Shown: in pieces, positions 24,364-35,711 of the stretch
Position numbering within the stretch: position 1 is the stretch's first letter
Layout: each line of letters starts with the position of its first letter
NCBI GenBank assembly: GCA_900617105.1
Contig: UYFQ01000506.1
Coordinates: 62,001-126,000, forward strand
Direction of reading: 5' to 3'
DNA: 64,000 nucleotides
Origin: Hydrurus foetidus
Lineage: Eukaryota
The notes under the pieces: model-generated
The model's input: the letters and a program-made list of their open reading frames with translations, nothing else
Database searches by the model: none
Told to the model about the DNA's origin: nothing
Translations under genes and position numbers: made by a program

Positions 24364-25616
24364 GTGGCCCTGAAGCCCGCGAAAAACCCCGAGCGCATTC
24401 GCGTCAACCAGCGCGAGGCCCATCTGATGGTCGCTGCACATGAGTGGTTCGTCGCGCGAAAGCCGGGCGGTCGGCGACTGGTGCTGCGCTTCGCGATCAT
24501 GGAGGACGTTGATCTCTCGGGGCGTGATCTGGCCGACGCGGATCTGACCGGCAGCACCCTGGTCCGCTGCAAGTTCGATCGAGCGCGGCTGGCTCGGGCC
24601 TGCCTGTTCGGCGCGGATCTGCAAGCCAGCAGCTTCGTCGGCGCTTCGCTGGTGCAGGCCGACATGCGGGGCGCGCGCCTGAAGGGCGCCAATCTCTCGC
24701 ACGCCAACATGACCCAGGCCGACCTGCGGGCGGGCCGGATCGCCATCTCCGATGAGGACACCAAGTTCGCCCTCATCCGCCACAAGGTGTCGGCCGGTCA
24801 GCTGGACGGGGCCAATGTCTCGGGCGCGGTACTTGACAGGTCTCGCCTGGACGATGTGTCAGCGGCGGCTGCGGACTTTTCGGAATGCTCAATGCGCGGC
24901 GCGAAACTTGTCGGCGCCAATCTCAAGAACGCCAGTCTGCGCGGGGCGGTGATCGATGATGTCGACGTGCGCGGCGCCAATCTGGAGAGCGCCGACTTCA
25001 CCGATGCGGTCCTGACACGCGTGGATCTGGCCCAGGCGGACGATGGGTGCGGTCATGGATCGCTGCCTGTGCGACCCGGGGACGGAGGCCGCCGCACGCG
25101 CCGCCCTCATTTTCGTCAAGCTGGCGGCGCACCGCGAGTGGGTGACCAGCGGCGGCAAGTCCGGCGAACCCGCCGTGCTGGACGGCGAGGACCTGCGACC
25201 CATCGCCGACATGGCGGGCGCCTTCCTGACGGCGGTCAGCGCCAGGAATGCTTGTCTGGCCGGAATGGATTTGCGCCGGATTTCGCTGCAGGGAGCGCTG
25301 CTGGACGGCGCCGATCTGCGCGGCGCCATCCTGCGCGAAGCCGACCTGCGCGGCGCCAGTCTTCTGGGTGCGAACCTCAAACAGGCCAATCTGCGCGGGG
25401 CGCTGCTGGGCGCGCTGCCCTTCAAGGTCGATCGCGAAAAGCCTACCCAACTGGCCAAGGCCAGTTTGCGCTATGCCGATCTTCGCGACGCCGATCTGGG
25501 CGATACGGATCTGTCCGCCACAGACCTGCATGGCCAGGCGTTCGGCGGCCCAGCTAGCGGCGGACCATGCGACAGACCATGCGGACGACGACGGCGCCTT
25601 CGTGCTGGACCTGTAG
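24364..25616 (+). CDS. Pentapeptide-repeat protein; frameshifts near 25040 and 25530
   Basis: Long runs of A(D/N)Lxx repeats in ORFs 24364 and 25043. Confidence 0.85.
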
Positions 25617-26803
25617 TCAGACGCCGCGTCGCCACGCCTGACGCAAGGCAGCCTATGATCGGGCGCAGCGATCTCGATCAAGGCCATGGCGCGCGCCTCG
25701 CCCTGCAGCGCTCGCAGATCGACCGCGCCATGTTCGGTCACCACGATCCCGACCTCTGAGGCGGGAAGGGTCGGCGGAACATCCAGGCGTGGAACGATCC
25801 GGCTGATCGCGCCGCCTTTGGCCGTAGAGCCCAGGGCGATGATCGGCAGCCCGCCGGGCGATCGACGCGCGCCGCCGATGAAGTCGGGCAGGCCGCCGGG
25901 ACCCGAGATCGCTTCGCCATCCACCCATTCGGCGTTTACCTGGCCCAGCAGATCGACCTCGATGGCTGAATTGACGGCGACGAAGGTCGGGATCCGGGCG
26001 AGGCGGGCGATGTCATGCGTCTCCAGGGCCGGGGCCATGACGACGCCCGGGAGATCAGCGGCCTCGGCGTAGAAGGCACGCGATCCCAGCAGGCTACCCG
26101 TCGTCACCTGTGCGAAGACGCCCTGGCGGATCAGTGCGGCGACCGGATCGCAGATCATGCCACTGTGCAGTGACAGGCCTTCCTTGCCGGCAAGCCCCGC
26201 CCAAAGCGCGTCGCCCAGTCTGCCGATGCCGGCTTGCAGGGTCGCGCCGTTGGGGATCAGCGCGACGACATGCTCAATGATCCGCGTCTCGACGGTCCCA
26301 GGCGCCCGGACGGCATATTCCACCAGCGGGGTGTCGAGCTCGATGAGCTCGTCGAAGACGCTGACGGGCACGGTCGGCGATCCTGGCTGCCGGGGCAGGG
26401 ACGGGTTGATCACCCCGATCCTGATCGCGCATCGCTCCAGAGCCGTCGGGGGGAAATCGATGGTTGGGCCGAACGAGCAGCGGCCATCGGCGTCTGGCGG
26501 CGTGACCATGAAGAGCCCCGCCGCATAGCGCGCCGCCGCCACCCGCCGCGCAAAGCCGTGGTAGGTCGTCGGCAGGCGCTCAAACCGTCCCGCCGCCAGG
26601 ATCGGCCGCCAGGCGGGCGACATGAAGGGGCCGGCCATGCGGGCGTCTGGTCCCAGGCTGCTCCAGTCGAACGTGTTGACGCCCGGGATGAAGCCGCCCT
26701 CGAACGTCGCGGACAGCAGGGGCTCCAGCCGTTGCGACAGCGGCGCTGCGGCGAAGGGCTCGGTGGCGGAAGCGCTGACGAAGACCCGGACGTCTGACGG
26801 CAT
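25617..26803 (-). CDS. Acetyl-CoA hydrolase / 4-hydroxybutyrate CoA-transferase family protein
   Basis: GATLQAGIG, NSAIEVDLLGQVNAE, ISGPGGLPDF, IVVTEHGAVDLR, LIEIAAPDHR; 3' end frameshifted. Confidence 0.85.
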
Positions 26804-26986
26804 GATGCTCTTGGGCTGAATGGGAATGTCGCCAGTATAGCCGAGCGCTGGGGCTGTGTCCGTGCGGGTCCCCCTTCGAAGAACGCCGTGTTGTGGATGT
26901 GCCCGAAATGGGTAATTGCCGGTTTGGGGCTTGGCTATTGGGGGCTAGGCTCGTCTGTGGAGAACAGGCTGACGGGAGAAAAGGGT

Positions 26987-27379
26987 ATGGGTATGAGCGC
27001 GATAACCCTTGTGGCGATGGGGCTGGCTGGCCTCGTTCAGAGCGGGCCGAACGGGGTCTGGGATGGATTTGGCCATGACGACAATGCCGCCTACGCCTTT
27101 AACCCCCTGACCGTCGAGACGCCGAGCCAGGGCGTCAAGGCTGTGAGCCTGAAGACGACCTTCAACAAGCTGATGACGCTGAAGGGCCTGACCGCGCCGG
27201 CCGCGAGCATGGTTCAGCGCCTGACCATCCAGTGCTCGGCCCACACCTATCAGGTGCATACGGTGGTCTATTACGACGCCGGCGGAACCGAGCTGACCTC
27301 GCGGGTCGAAACTGGCGCGCCTTCTGCGACCTCGGCAGATGGAGCCTCGGGAGCCCTGGCCAACAAGGTGTGCTCGTGA
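26987..27379 (+). CDS. Exported hypothetical protein
   Basis: Hydrophobic N-terminus, coding-like codon use, Cys pair; stop overlaps the next start (GTGA). Confidence 0.6.
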   Translation: MGMSAITLVAMGLAGLVQSGPNGVWDGFGHDDNAAYAFNPLTVETPSQGVKAVSLKTTFNKLMTLKGLTAPAASMVQRLTIQCSAHTYQVHTVVYYDAGGTELTSRVETGAPSATSADGASGALANKVCS

Positions 27380-27774
27380 CACGTCTTGGCTTGGCCCTGG
27401 CCCTGGCGATGCTGGGCGCGCCCGCGCTCGCCGCCGCGCCGTCTGTCGATCCCAAATGTCTTGAGGGCGTCGGGTGGGAGGTCGATCCGGCCTCCGAGGC
27501 CATACAGGTCTGGGGCTGCCGACCGACGAGCGAGATCCCCACTCCTGATGCGCAAGGCTGGATAGAGTATGAGCGCGGTCCGGTGAACGGCTCGGACGGC
27601 GGCTTTATCCGCGCTCGCCTTGTCAGCGCCACGCCGGACGGGACCCTGGTCTTCGACGTGCAGGACAATGGCGGCGGCAGCGGCACATTTCCGTTCCGCG
27701 TCACCGGCAAGCCGGGCCCCGACGGCGTTCTGGCCAAGGCCGGGCTGAAGGTCGACGCCCTGCCGGCCAGCTAG
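27376..27774 (+). CDS. Exported hypothetical protein
   Basis: GTG start coupled to the upstream stop, signal peptide LGLALALAMLGAPALA, NGGGSGTF motif. Confidence 0.6.
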   Translation: MTRLGLALALAMLGAPALAAAPSVDPKCLEGVGWEVDPASEAIQVWGCRPTSEIPTPDAQGWIEYERGPVNGSDGGFIRARLVSATPDGTLVFDVQDNGGGSGTFPFRVTGKPGPDGVLAKAGLKVDALPAS

Positions 27775-27904
27775 GCTGCATTGCGCCGGCGCAGACTTCG
27801 CGGCGCGCCTTGGAGAAAAACTCCGTTGAGCCGGAAAGCCCGACGCGTAGGGTAGGGTTATAAAAGCCGCTCGCGCGGACGAGCGGCGGTCCGGGAGGAA
27901 CGCC

Positions 27905-28792
27905 ATGAACGCCCACGCGCCTATCGCCGCCGTCGATACCCCAGACTATGCGGGTCTGACCGTCACCCCCGTCAGCACCGTGCTGGGCGCCGAGATTTCC
28001 GGCCTGGATCTGCGTGAACCGCTGACGCCCGAGGTCGTGGCGGCAATCCGGACTGCCCTGCTGCGCCACAAGGTGGTGTTCTTTCGAGATCAGGACATCA
28101 GCCACGCCGACCATGTCCGGTTCGGCCGCTATTTCGGCGAGCTGGAGGGCCATCCGGTCACGAGCCACGTGCCGGGCTTTCCCGAAATCCTGCACATCGA
28201 GGCCGCCGACGGCATGAAGCTGCGCGAGGAGATCGTGCCGCTGGTTCGCGTCGCCAACAAGTGGCACACCGACGTCACCTTCCGCGCGGCGCCCTCGATG
28301 GGGGGGGTGCTGCGGATGCGTGACATGCCACCTCTGGGCGGCGACACATTGTTTGCCGACACTGCCGCCATCTACCGCGACCTGCCCCAGGCCCTGAAGG
28401 ACAAGCTGGCTGACCTGACCGCCGAGCACGACATCATCCAGAGCTATGGCTATCGCGTCGATCAGGCCAAGCGCGACGAGTTGCGCGCTGCCTATCCGCT
28501 GATGGTTCACCCCGTGATCCGCACCCATCCGGAGACCGGCGAGAAGCACCTGTTCGTCAACAAGGTCTTCACGACCCGGATCCTGGGCCTGCCCGAGGAC
28601 GAGGCCAAGACCCTGCTGGCCGAGCTGCTGGATCGTGTGAAGACGCCGGAATATCAGGTGCGCTTCCGCTGGACGCCGAACGCCATCGTCTTCTGGGACA
28701 ACCGCGCCACCCAGCACTATGCCATCCTCGACTACTGGCCGCAGGAGCGGATCGTCGAGCGCGTGACGATTGTCGGCGACGCGCCCTACTAG
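27905..28792 (+). CDS. TauD/TfdA-family 2OG-dependent dioxygenase (taurine/alkylsulfate type)
   Basis: LGAEISGLDL, WHTDVTF, GGDTLFAD, HPVIRTHPETG, FWDNRATQHYA; GGGAGG RBS. Confidence 0.93.
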   Translation: MNAHAPIAAVDTPDYAGLTVTPVSTVLGAEISGLDLREPLTPEVVAAIRTALLRHKVVFFRDQDISHADHVRFGRYFGELEGHPVTSHVPGFPEILHIEAADGMKLREEIVPLVRVANKWHTDVTFRAAPSMGGVLRMRDMPPLGGDTLFADTAAIYRDLPQALKDKLADLTAEHDIIQSYGYRVDQAKRDELRAAYPLMVHPVIRTHPETGEKHLFVNKVFTTRILGLPEDEAKTLLAELLDRVKTPEYQVRFRWTPNAIVFWDNRATQHYAILDYWPQERIVERVTIVGDAPY

Positions 28793-28893
28793 AGCATTTT
28801 CCGACGATGTGGACGCCGGTTCGTCGTCAAAAAGTGCGTCAAAACAAAAGGCTAGAACATTTTCCGGTCCAGTCGGATCAGAAAATGTTCTAG
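28789..28893. repeat. About 105-bp palindromic intergenic repeat of the CIR/RIME/BRU-RS type (MITE-like)
   Basis: CTAGAGCATTTTCC...AAAAGTGCG-TCAAAACAAAAGG-CTAGAACATTTTC...GAAAATGTTCTAG: two hairpins, an A-rich linker and CTAG termini. Confidence 0.8.
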
Positions 28894-30547
28894 CCGCCGA
28901 TCAGCCAGTCACCGGTCAGGGCCGAGATATTGACCCCGGCAAGGATGATCTGGTCGCCGCCGTCGAGGTCGATGATGGCGTTGGCCCCGCTCTGGTAGAG
29001 GCTGTAGGTCTGACTGGCATCCAGCTGGATACGGTCACCCTGGGCGCGGCTGAAGTCGGTGATCAGGTCAGAGCCGGCGCCGGAAAAGCTGTAGAAGATG
29101 TCGGCCCCGCCCCGCCGGTGATGTTGTCGGCGCCGCGGTCGCCGGCCAGCCAGTCATTGCCGACGTCTCCCGACAGGACATCGTCGCCCTGGCCGCCGCG
29201 CACGATGTCATTGCCCTCGCCACCATAGCAAACGTCATTACCGAGGTTGCCATTGACGATGTCATCGCCGGCATCGCCGAACAGCTGGTCGTTGTTCTGG
29301 CCGCCGACGACCCAGTCGGTCCCCGCGCCGCCATAGCCATAGTCGTTGCCGATATTGCCGTTGATCCGGTCAAAGCCATCGCCGCCCGTGATCGTGTCGT
29401 TGCCGTCGTTGCCGTCCAGGCGATCGTCGCCAGCCAGGCCGTTGAGCGTGTCGTTCCCGGCTTCGCCGCGCAGCCAGTTGGCCGAGCTGTTGCCGTTGAT
29501 CGTGTCGACACCGGAACCGCCGCGCGCGTTTTCGATGATTGCGCCCATGGCCACGGCGACATTTCCGACCAGACCGCCGACGTCGGAGAAGTGACCCTGG
29601 CGCAGGTCGATGATCTGACCGTTGGAAAAGCCCGAAAAATCGAACGTGTCGGTTCCGCCTGCGTCCCACACGGCGAAGATCACCTTGGTGGTAGCCGTGG
29701 TGGCCTCGAACCAGGATCTGCCGGCGTTGGAATTGAAGCCGTAGGTCGTGTCGCCGGTACGGGTGGTCATGTTGACCCCGTATTCCGCCTGCGCGGCCGC
29801 TATGTCGTCGAGTTGAGGGGCGGAAGCGTATCGGCCGCCATAGCTTGCGCCGGTGTTGCTCTCGCTGAAATAGCTCATCACCGTATATTGGCGAGAGTCC
29901 TGATAGTAGTCGGCGTCCGTGGCATAGGTGAAGCTGGCCCCGTCCACCGCGTCATAGTCGGAGGGATGGCTCAGACCGATGGCGTGGCCCAGTTCATGGA
30001 CAAGGACCGAGCCGCCATAGTTGTTGGCTGTGGGCGCGGAGTTGTAGCCGAAGGTGTTGTTGATCCAGACGTCGCCCGAGCGCGCCGTGATCGCCGGGTT
30101 GCCCGGCAGATAGGCGAAGGCGACCGCGCCCTCCGCGCCGCTGGAATAGTTGCCGAACAGAATGGACGCCTGGTTCGAATAGGCTGTTTCTCCCGTCGAG
30201 CCTGCGCCGACCCTTATGAACGTGATGTTGGCGACATCCGACCATGAGGTCAGGGCGAGTTCTGCCTGCTGGATTTGAGTGGCGTTGAACCGCGAGAACC
30301 CGGCCGTGTCGTCAGGCATGGTGTCAGGCGCCGTCGAGCGGAAGCCATAGGTCAGAGTGTAGGATTCGCCGAGGGCCGAAGACCAGCCCGGCGCAAAGCC
30401 CACCAGGGTCAGCCCGGCCGTTTCGACAGACAGGCTGGCCTTGCCGTTGACCGTCACGCCGGTCCGGCCGTCTGCGTTCAGATAGAACTGCGGATCTTCG
30501 GACCCCGCCGTGGCGAGAGTTTCGGGGTGCGAGAGGTCAAACGCCAT
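28890..30547 (-). CDS. Serralysin-like M10 metalloprotease with RTX Ca-binding repeats; frameshift near 29105
   Basis: HELGHAIGLSHP, TVMSYF Met-turn, VWDAGGTDTFDFSG, GGxGxD repeats; C-terminus ...ALTGDWLIGG-stop. Confidence 0.92.
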
Positions 30548-31078
30548 AGCGACACTTACTCATGGAAGAGGTCCCCCGACCTAGCCTTGAACCTATTCCC
30601 CCAGCTCCGTCGCTACAATACTGCAACACTTGCGACGGAAGGACGCGCGCTCATTGGACGTCAGTGGCGGTGAACGGAGCGTTACCGTCGCCGCCGCCAT
30701 TCTACCTCTATGTGGACGCCGGCTTCCAGCCACGGCCCCGCGCCTTGCAGGTGGCTATGACGTCGGTATTGACGCTGGTCCTGGCGACGCTGAGAGCGTC
30801 GTCGGCGATCAGCGGGGAGCGTCCGGCATTGGGAAGCACCAGGAAATCGACGCCACCTTCCCTGCACGGGATGCGGACCAGTTCGGCCGCGCGGCGGGAC
30901 GCTGCGGACTGCTCGACAAGGCTGCGATGGCCCCAGGAGACCAGGACGCTTTCCAGATCCTCCGGCGCCCGCCGCACCGTCTGGTCGTAGGCGCATTGCT
31001 CGCGTCCCCTCGGGGCCTCCTGCGCCTTCAGCCATGCATAGGCGGCCGCATGGCCGGCGGGTCTGATCACTCCAAGGC

Positions 31079-31097
31079 ATTGTAACGGATTGTAAAA
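31079..31097 (+). promoter_or_regulatory. TGTAA-N5-TGTAA direct repeat, candidate OmpR-type binding site
   Basis: ATTGTAACGGATTGTAAAA; a close match lies on the minus strand at 36592-36610. Confidence 0.4.
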
Positions 31098-31300
31098 ATG
31101 GAACCGTAACCTCTGGTGGCATTTCTGCTCATGGTTTCTAACAGCCCTAAAATGGTCCGGGGGCGCGAGATGAGTGGAGCTGCAGCAGGCCGCCGAACGC
31201 GGTCCGGTCACAGCAAGACCCAGAGCGTGATCCTCCCCGATCGGCCGGCGCAGAACCTTGTCCGGGTGCTGTGCGACCTGTGCAGTGCGCGCTCGGGCGT

Positions 31301-31480
31301 GTGGTGAAGCTGTTGGTCTGGATGCAACATAGGCTCGACCGCATGGGTCTGGCCCCTGACCAGCACCCGGCCAGACGCTGGATGCTGCGGTTCGCGGCCG
31401 CCATAGTGGCCAGTCTGGCGCTATGGGCCCTGTTTCTCTGGGTGCTCTTGCGGCTCCTTGACTGGGCGGCGCCACTCTAG
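31301..31480 (+). CDS. Small single-pass membrane protein
   Basis: Hydrophobic stretch FAAAIVASLALWALFLWVLL; start codon uncertain. Confidence 0.5.
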   Translation: MVKLLVWMQHRLDRMGLAPDQHPARRWMLRFAAAIVASLALWALFLWVLLRLLDWAAPL

Positions 31481-31580
31481 CGCGATATGCACGCGATCAA
31501 CGGGTGACCTCAGCCTCCGAGATGGCTAGTTTCCGTCGCTGATCGGGGCTTCGCCGAGACGGCGATGAGGAGCGAGTTCC

Positions 31581-32081
31581 ATGCGTATCTTGGTCTTCAG
31601 CCTGACGGGTGCTCTTGCCTTGAGCGGTTGCGCAACGGCGCCCACGGTGGTGCGCGAGGGAAGTCTCGCGGCCCTGCGCGGCCAGAGCGTGGCGCCGCTG
31701 AGCGGTCAGTCGGCGCCCACTGATGCGGCCCTGGCCACTGCGATTCAGGCCGGGGTTCTAAAGCGTCTGGCGGCGAGCGGCGCGGACGTCTCGGGCGGCC
31801 GGCCGCCGGCCTACCTGCTGCAGGTGGGCGTTGGCGTGTCGGCGCCGGTTGTTGGGGTCTCCGGCGTGGCCGGGGCCTCGTTCAAGGATACCGCCTGGCG
31901 CAGCGCGCCGACCAAGCGCCACTTCTGGAACCGTCGCGGTCCGGCCCAGACGGCCACGGCCGTTGTGCTGGATGTCGCCACTGGCAAGCCGGCCGCTTGG
32001 GCGACGGTGAGGGCCGACGCCGTCGACGCCGAAGTCACCGCCGATCGCCTGGTGAAGGCGCTGACCACGTCGGCGCCCTAG
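31581..32081 (+). CDS. Lipoprotein of unknown function
   Basis: Lipobox LSGC; GAGGAG RBS. Confidence 0.7.
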   Translation: MRILVFSLTGALALSGCATAPTVVREGSLAALRGQSVAPLSGQSAPTDAALATAIQAGVLKRLAASGADVSGGRPPAYLLQVGVGVSAPVVGVSGVAGASFKDTAWRSAPTKRHFWNRRGPAQTATAVVLDVATGKPAAWATVRADAVDAEVTADRLVKALTTSAP

Positions 32082-34363
32082 CCGGGGCGATACTCCGGTA
32101 GGCGCAGGGTAAAGGTTGCGCCGGCGCCCGGCGTGCTGGCGCATAACACACCGCCGCCATGACGCGCTGCTGCGGCGTCGACGAAGGCCAGACCCAGACC
32201 GACGCCGCCGGCCGCGTCTGAGCCGGGCCGGTCGAACCTCTGGAATGCCCGGAACGCCATGGCCGCCTCTTCCGGCGACAGGCCAGGCCCCTGGTCGCTG
32301 ATGGCGATATCGACGAAGGCGCGGCCGTCCTGGCGGGTCGCGCGCGCCGAAACCTTGATCTGTGAGCCCTCGGGGCTGTACTTGACCGCATTGCCCAGCA
32401 GGTTGACCAGGGTGCGGGCCAGCACGCCCCGGTCGCCCAGAACCATCAGCGGCGTATCGCAGCCATCCTGCAGGATCTTGATGTCGCGTTGGCGGCATTG
32501 CGGCCACAGCTCGTCAACGGCCTCCACCGCCACGTCGCAAAGATCGACCGGCTCCATGGCCACCGGCGTGACCTCGGCGCGGGCCAGTTGCACGAAGCCG
32601 TCGGCCAGGGCCAGGGTGCGGCGGGCGCAGGCCGCCAGCCGGTCCGACACGTCTTCAGGCAGGTCGGGCGTCGTGGCCAGCAGCGCCAGGATCGAGGTCT
32701 GGGGCGAGCGCATGTCGTGGGTCAACAACTGCAGGGCCTGCTCGCGCTGACGCATCGCGGCCGTGAGGGTGGTGATGTCGGCCAGGCGCACGATCCAGCC
32801 GGCGCTCTCGCCAGCCTCGTCGCGCCGGAACACGGTCTGGGACTGATAGGCGCGACCGTCGCTGAGATGGAGGTCGACCGGCTCGATCCGCTCAGCCTCT
32901 GGCGGCCAAGACTCGTCGAAAGAGCGGCCCAGCGGCTCCAGGGCATTGAGCAGAGAGGCCACCGAGGCGCCGGCCAGGGGCAGGTGGGTTCCGCGCAGCA
33001 GGGACTGGGCGGCGGCGTTGGCGGCGATGACCCGCCGTCGGACGTCCAGAACGATCGTGGCGTCGGGGAGGCTGAACAGGGCGTCGGCCGAGAAACGGCG
33101 CAGATCTTCGATCCGGTTGATGGCGGCGCCCAGGCTGAGCGCCTGGCGGGCGACGAGATCGCTCTCGAAGCCCTCGGCCGTCGGGGTGTGGGTCACGGGC
33201 AAAAGGCGGCTTAGCTCGCGGCCCAGCAGGTCGCTGACCCGGCCCAACTGCCCCCAGCCCCAGACCAGCGATACGGTCGCCAGCCCGATGATCGTCGCTA
33301 CGGGCGAAAGCCACAGGTCGAGGCGCCAGAAGAAGGCGCAGCTCAGCGCCAGGGCGAGGCTCGACAGGCCCACCACCAGCATCAGATTGGCGCGCGGCGG
33401 CAGCACCAGCAGGCCGGCCAGCAACAGCCAAAGCAGGCTGAGCGCGAAGGCGATGCGACTGACCAGGCCGGCGGGGCGGATCATCGTGCCGCTGCGCAGT
33501 CCGTCAAGGATGCTGGCCTGAAGCTGGACGCCGGTCATGCTGGCCGCGTCGGGCGTCACCGGGGTCGGAAAGGCGGGGCCCAGACCCGGCGCCGTCATGC
33601 CGACAAAGACGGTGCGACCAGCGATCAGTTCCGATGGGACATCGCCGGCCAGCACGTCGGAGAACGAAAGACGTGGGAAGCGATCCGGCGCGCCGGCGAA
33701 GGGGATCAGCAGGCTGGTCTCGGCGCCGCGTGTGATGTCGCGCGCGTCGATCGCATGCGTGGCCCGATGGACCACGGTCATCAGGTCCGGACGCAGGTCG
33801 GGCCCAAAGGCCTCGAACGGCGCCATGCGCCTGACGACGCCGTCGGCGTCGAACCTCACATGCACCAGGCCCAGACCGGCGGCGCCGCGCGCGATGTCTG
33901 GACGTGGACCAACCAGTTGCTGAGGCGCGCCTTCGCCCGGGCCGGGCTCGATGAATTGCGGCAGATAGACCCGTCCCGACAGGGCGATGGCATTGGCCAG
34001 GGCGACGTCATCGCTGGGCGTGGCGGCAGGCTGGCTGAACAGCACGTCATAGACAATGGTTCGCGCGCCGGCCTGGCTGAGATGGTCGATCATCCGGGCG
34101 TGGGCAGTGCGTGACCACGGCCAGGCGCCCATGTTCCGAAGGCTCCTTTCATCGACCTCGATGATCAGAATCGAGGGGTCGACTGGCCGCGAGGATGCGC
34201 GTTGCAGGGCGTCGTAAAGGATATTGTCCAGGCGCGTCGTGAGCGGGCTGGCGGTCAGGCCGGCCAAGGTCAGGCTGGTCAGGGCGGCCACAAGCAGCCA
34301 GGTCAGCAAGCGCCGGCGCGGTGACGCGGCCGCCGGGTCAAGCCGTCTTTCGGGCGAGTTCAA
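32078..34363 (-). CDS. CHASE2-PAS sensor histidine kinase
   Basis: CHASE2 motifs (IIEVDERSL..GAWPWSR, YDVLFSQP, DADGVVRR), three TMs, PAS, LTHDMRSPQ, NLLGNAVKYS, GVGLGLAFV. Confidence 0.93.
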   Translation of the reverse strand: MNSPERRLDPAAASPRRRLLTWLLVAALTSLTLAGLTASPLTTRLDNILYDALQRASSRPVDPSILIIEVDERSLRNMGAWPWSRTAHARMIDHLSQAGARTIVYDVLFSQPAATPSDDVALANAIALSGRVYLPQFIEPGPGEGAPQQLVGPRPDIARGAAGLGLVHVRFDADGVVRRMAPFEAFGPDLRPDLMTVVHRATHAIDARDITRGAETSLLIPFAGAPDRFPRLSFSDVLAGDVPSELIAGRTVFVGMTAPGLGPAFPTPVTPDAASMTGVQLQASILDGLRSGTMIRPAGLVSRIAFALSLLWLLLAGLLVLPPRANLMLVVGLSSLALALSCAFFWRLDLWLSPVATIIGLATVSLVWGWGQLGRVSDLLGRELSRLLPVTHTPTAEGFESDLVARQALSLGAAINRIEDLRRFSADALFSLPDATIVLDVRRRVIAANAAAQSLLRGTHLPLAGASVASLLNALEPLGRSFDESWPPEAERIEPVDLHLSDGRAYQSQTVFRRDEAGESAGWIVRLADITTLTAAMRQREQALQLLTHDMRSPQTSILALLATTPDLPEDVSDRLAACARRTLALADGFVQLARAEVTPVAMEPVDLCDVAVEAVDELWPQCRQRDIKILQDGCDTPLMVLGDRGVLARTLVNLLGNAVKYSPEGSQIKVSARATRQDGRAFVDIAISDQGPGLSPEEAAMAFRAFQRFDRPGSDAAGGVGLGLAFVDAAAARHGGGVLCASTPGAGATFTLRLPEYRPG

Positions 34364-34366
34364 GAT

Positions 34367-35711
34367 CTAGCGACCGATCTGCAGCGTCTGCATCGGCCCG
34401 ACTTTTTCGGCGAAAGTCCCACCCTTGAAGCGCACCGCGCTGACCCGCCAGCCATAGGTTCCGGGCGGCAGATCAGTGAGGGTCAGTTGCGGTTCGGACA
34501 GGCCCGGCTGGTCGATGATCGGCGAGGTCGCGTCGGCGCCGGCGAAGAGCTGGAACCGGTAAACACGCACGCCATCGCCCGCCGCGCTCCAGCGGAACAG
34601 GAAGTTGCGGTGCTTGCCGAAGACCTGGGCGCTGGGCGGCGCGCCCGGCTCGAGCACGTCCAGATCGCGGTCGAAACTGTAGTCGGCGGGCAGCCCCTCA
34701 AGGCCGCCGGTATCCAGAGCGGTCAGGCGGACGAAATAGGTGCCGTTGGCGATCTCGCCGAACTCGGCGGAGGGGGCTTGCGTGTCGGCCTCGGCGAAGA
34801 CCTCGACAAAGCCGGCGTCGCGCGACAGGGCCAGACGATAGATCGCCGCGCCCTGGACGGGTTCGACGGCGAAGCGGACGATCTTGTCGCCCTGGCGCTG
34901 GCCGCCTTCGCCCAGCAGGGGCGGGCAGCAGGGCGATCGGCGCGCTGACGCCGGCCGGCGTAGCGCTGACCCCGAAACCGGCGGGCACGGGGCTTTCGGT
35001 CGAGGCCGAGGCCAGGTCGACGCCGACTGCGCCCTTCAGCACCTCGGTCTGGGCCTTGGCGCCCGTCGGGTCCTGGCCGACGCGGAACTCGGTGCCGCGC
35101 ACCGCCGAGATCGAGACCGGGGTGCGCACCTCGAAACGTCCGCTCGGATTGGCATTGGGCGTGGCCGAGATCGTCCCGCGGCCCTGGTCCATCTGGAAGA
35201 CACGCTGGGGCGCATTGTTGAGAATGGTCTGGCGCATGCGATCGATACGCAGGCTGGTGTTCGAGGGCAGGGTGACGCGCGAGTCATCGGCCATCTCGAA
35301 GGTGGCGAAGCCGCCGGGGCCCGTGATCAGGCGCTGGCCCTCGACCAGCACCATGCCGGCGCGGGCCGGGGCGCGCGCGCCGTTGGTCTCAAGATCCACA
35401 GCGCCGCTGACAGCGCTGAGCCGCGCGTCGATGGGCGTGCTCTTCAGCAACCTTGGATCGATTTTCAGCGTCGAGCCTATTTTGAGGGCGCGCGGCCGGG
35501 CGATCTGATTGGCGCGCTGCACCTCCAGATAGTCGCCGGGCTTGTTCAGATACGCGGCGGCCAGGCCGATCAAGGTGTCGCCTGGTCTGATCACATAGGC
35601 CACGGGCGTATCGATCGGCGGCGCTGCGAAAGCCGCAGTGGCGGTGGTCAGGCCCAGGATGGATGCGAAGGGGCCAGCGGCGAGAAGAGTCAGGTCGCGC
35701 TTGGACGTCAT
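34367..35711 (-). CDS. LysM-FecR-Fn3-like exported protein; frameshifts near 34900 and 34690
   Basis: YVIRPGDTLIGLA (LysM), TPVSISAVRGTEFRV and EVLKGAV (FecR), C-terminal LPPGTYGWRVSA. Confidence 0.85.

Noticed and set aside
30682..31080. Possible minus-strand gene between the serralysin and the small membrane protein
   Set aside because: Several overlapping frames, none with a recognisable motif or a convincing start
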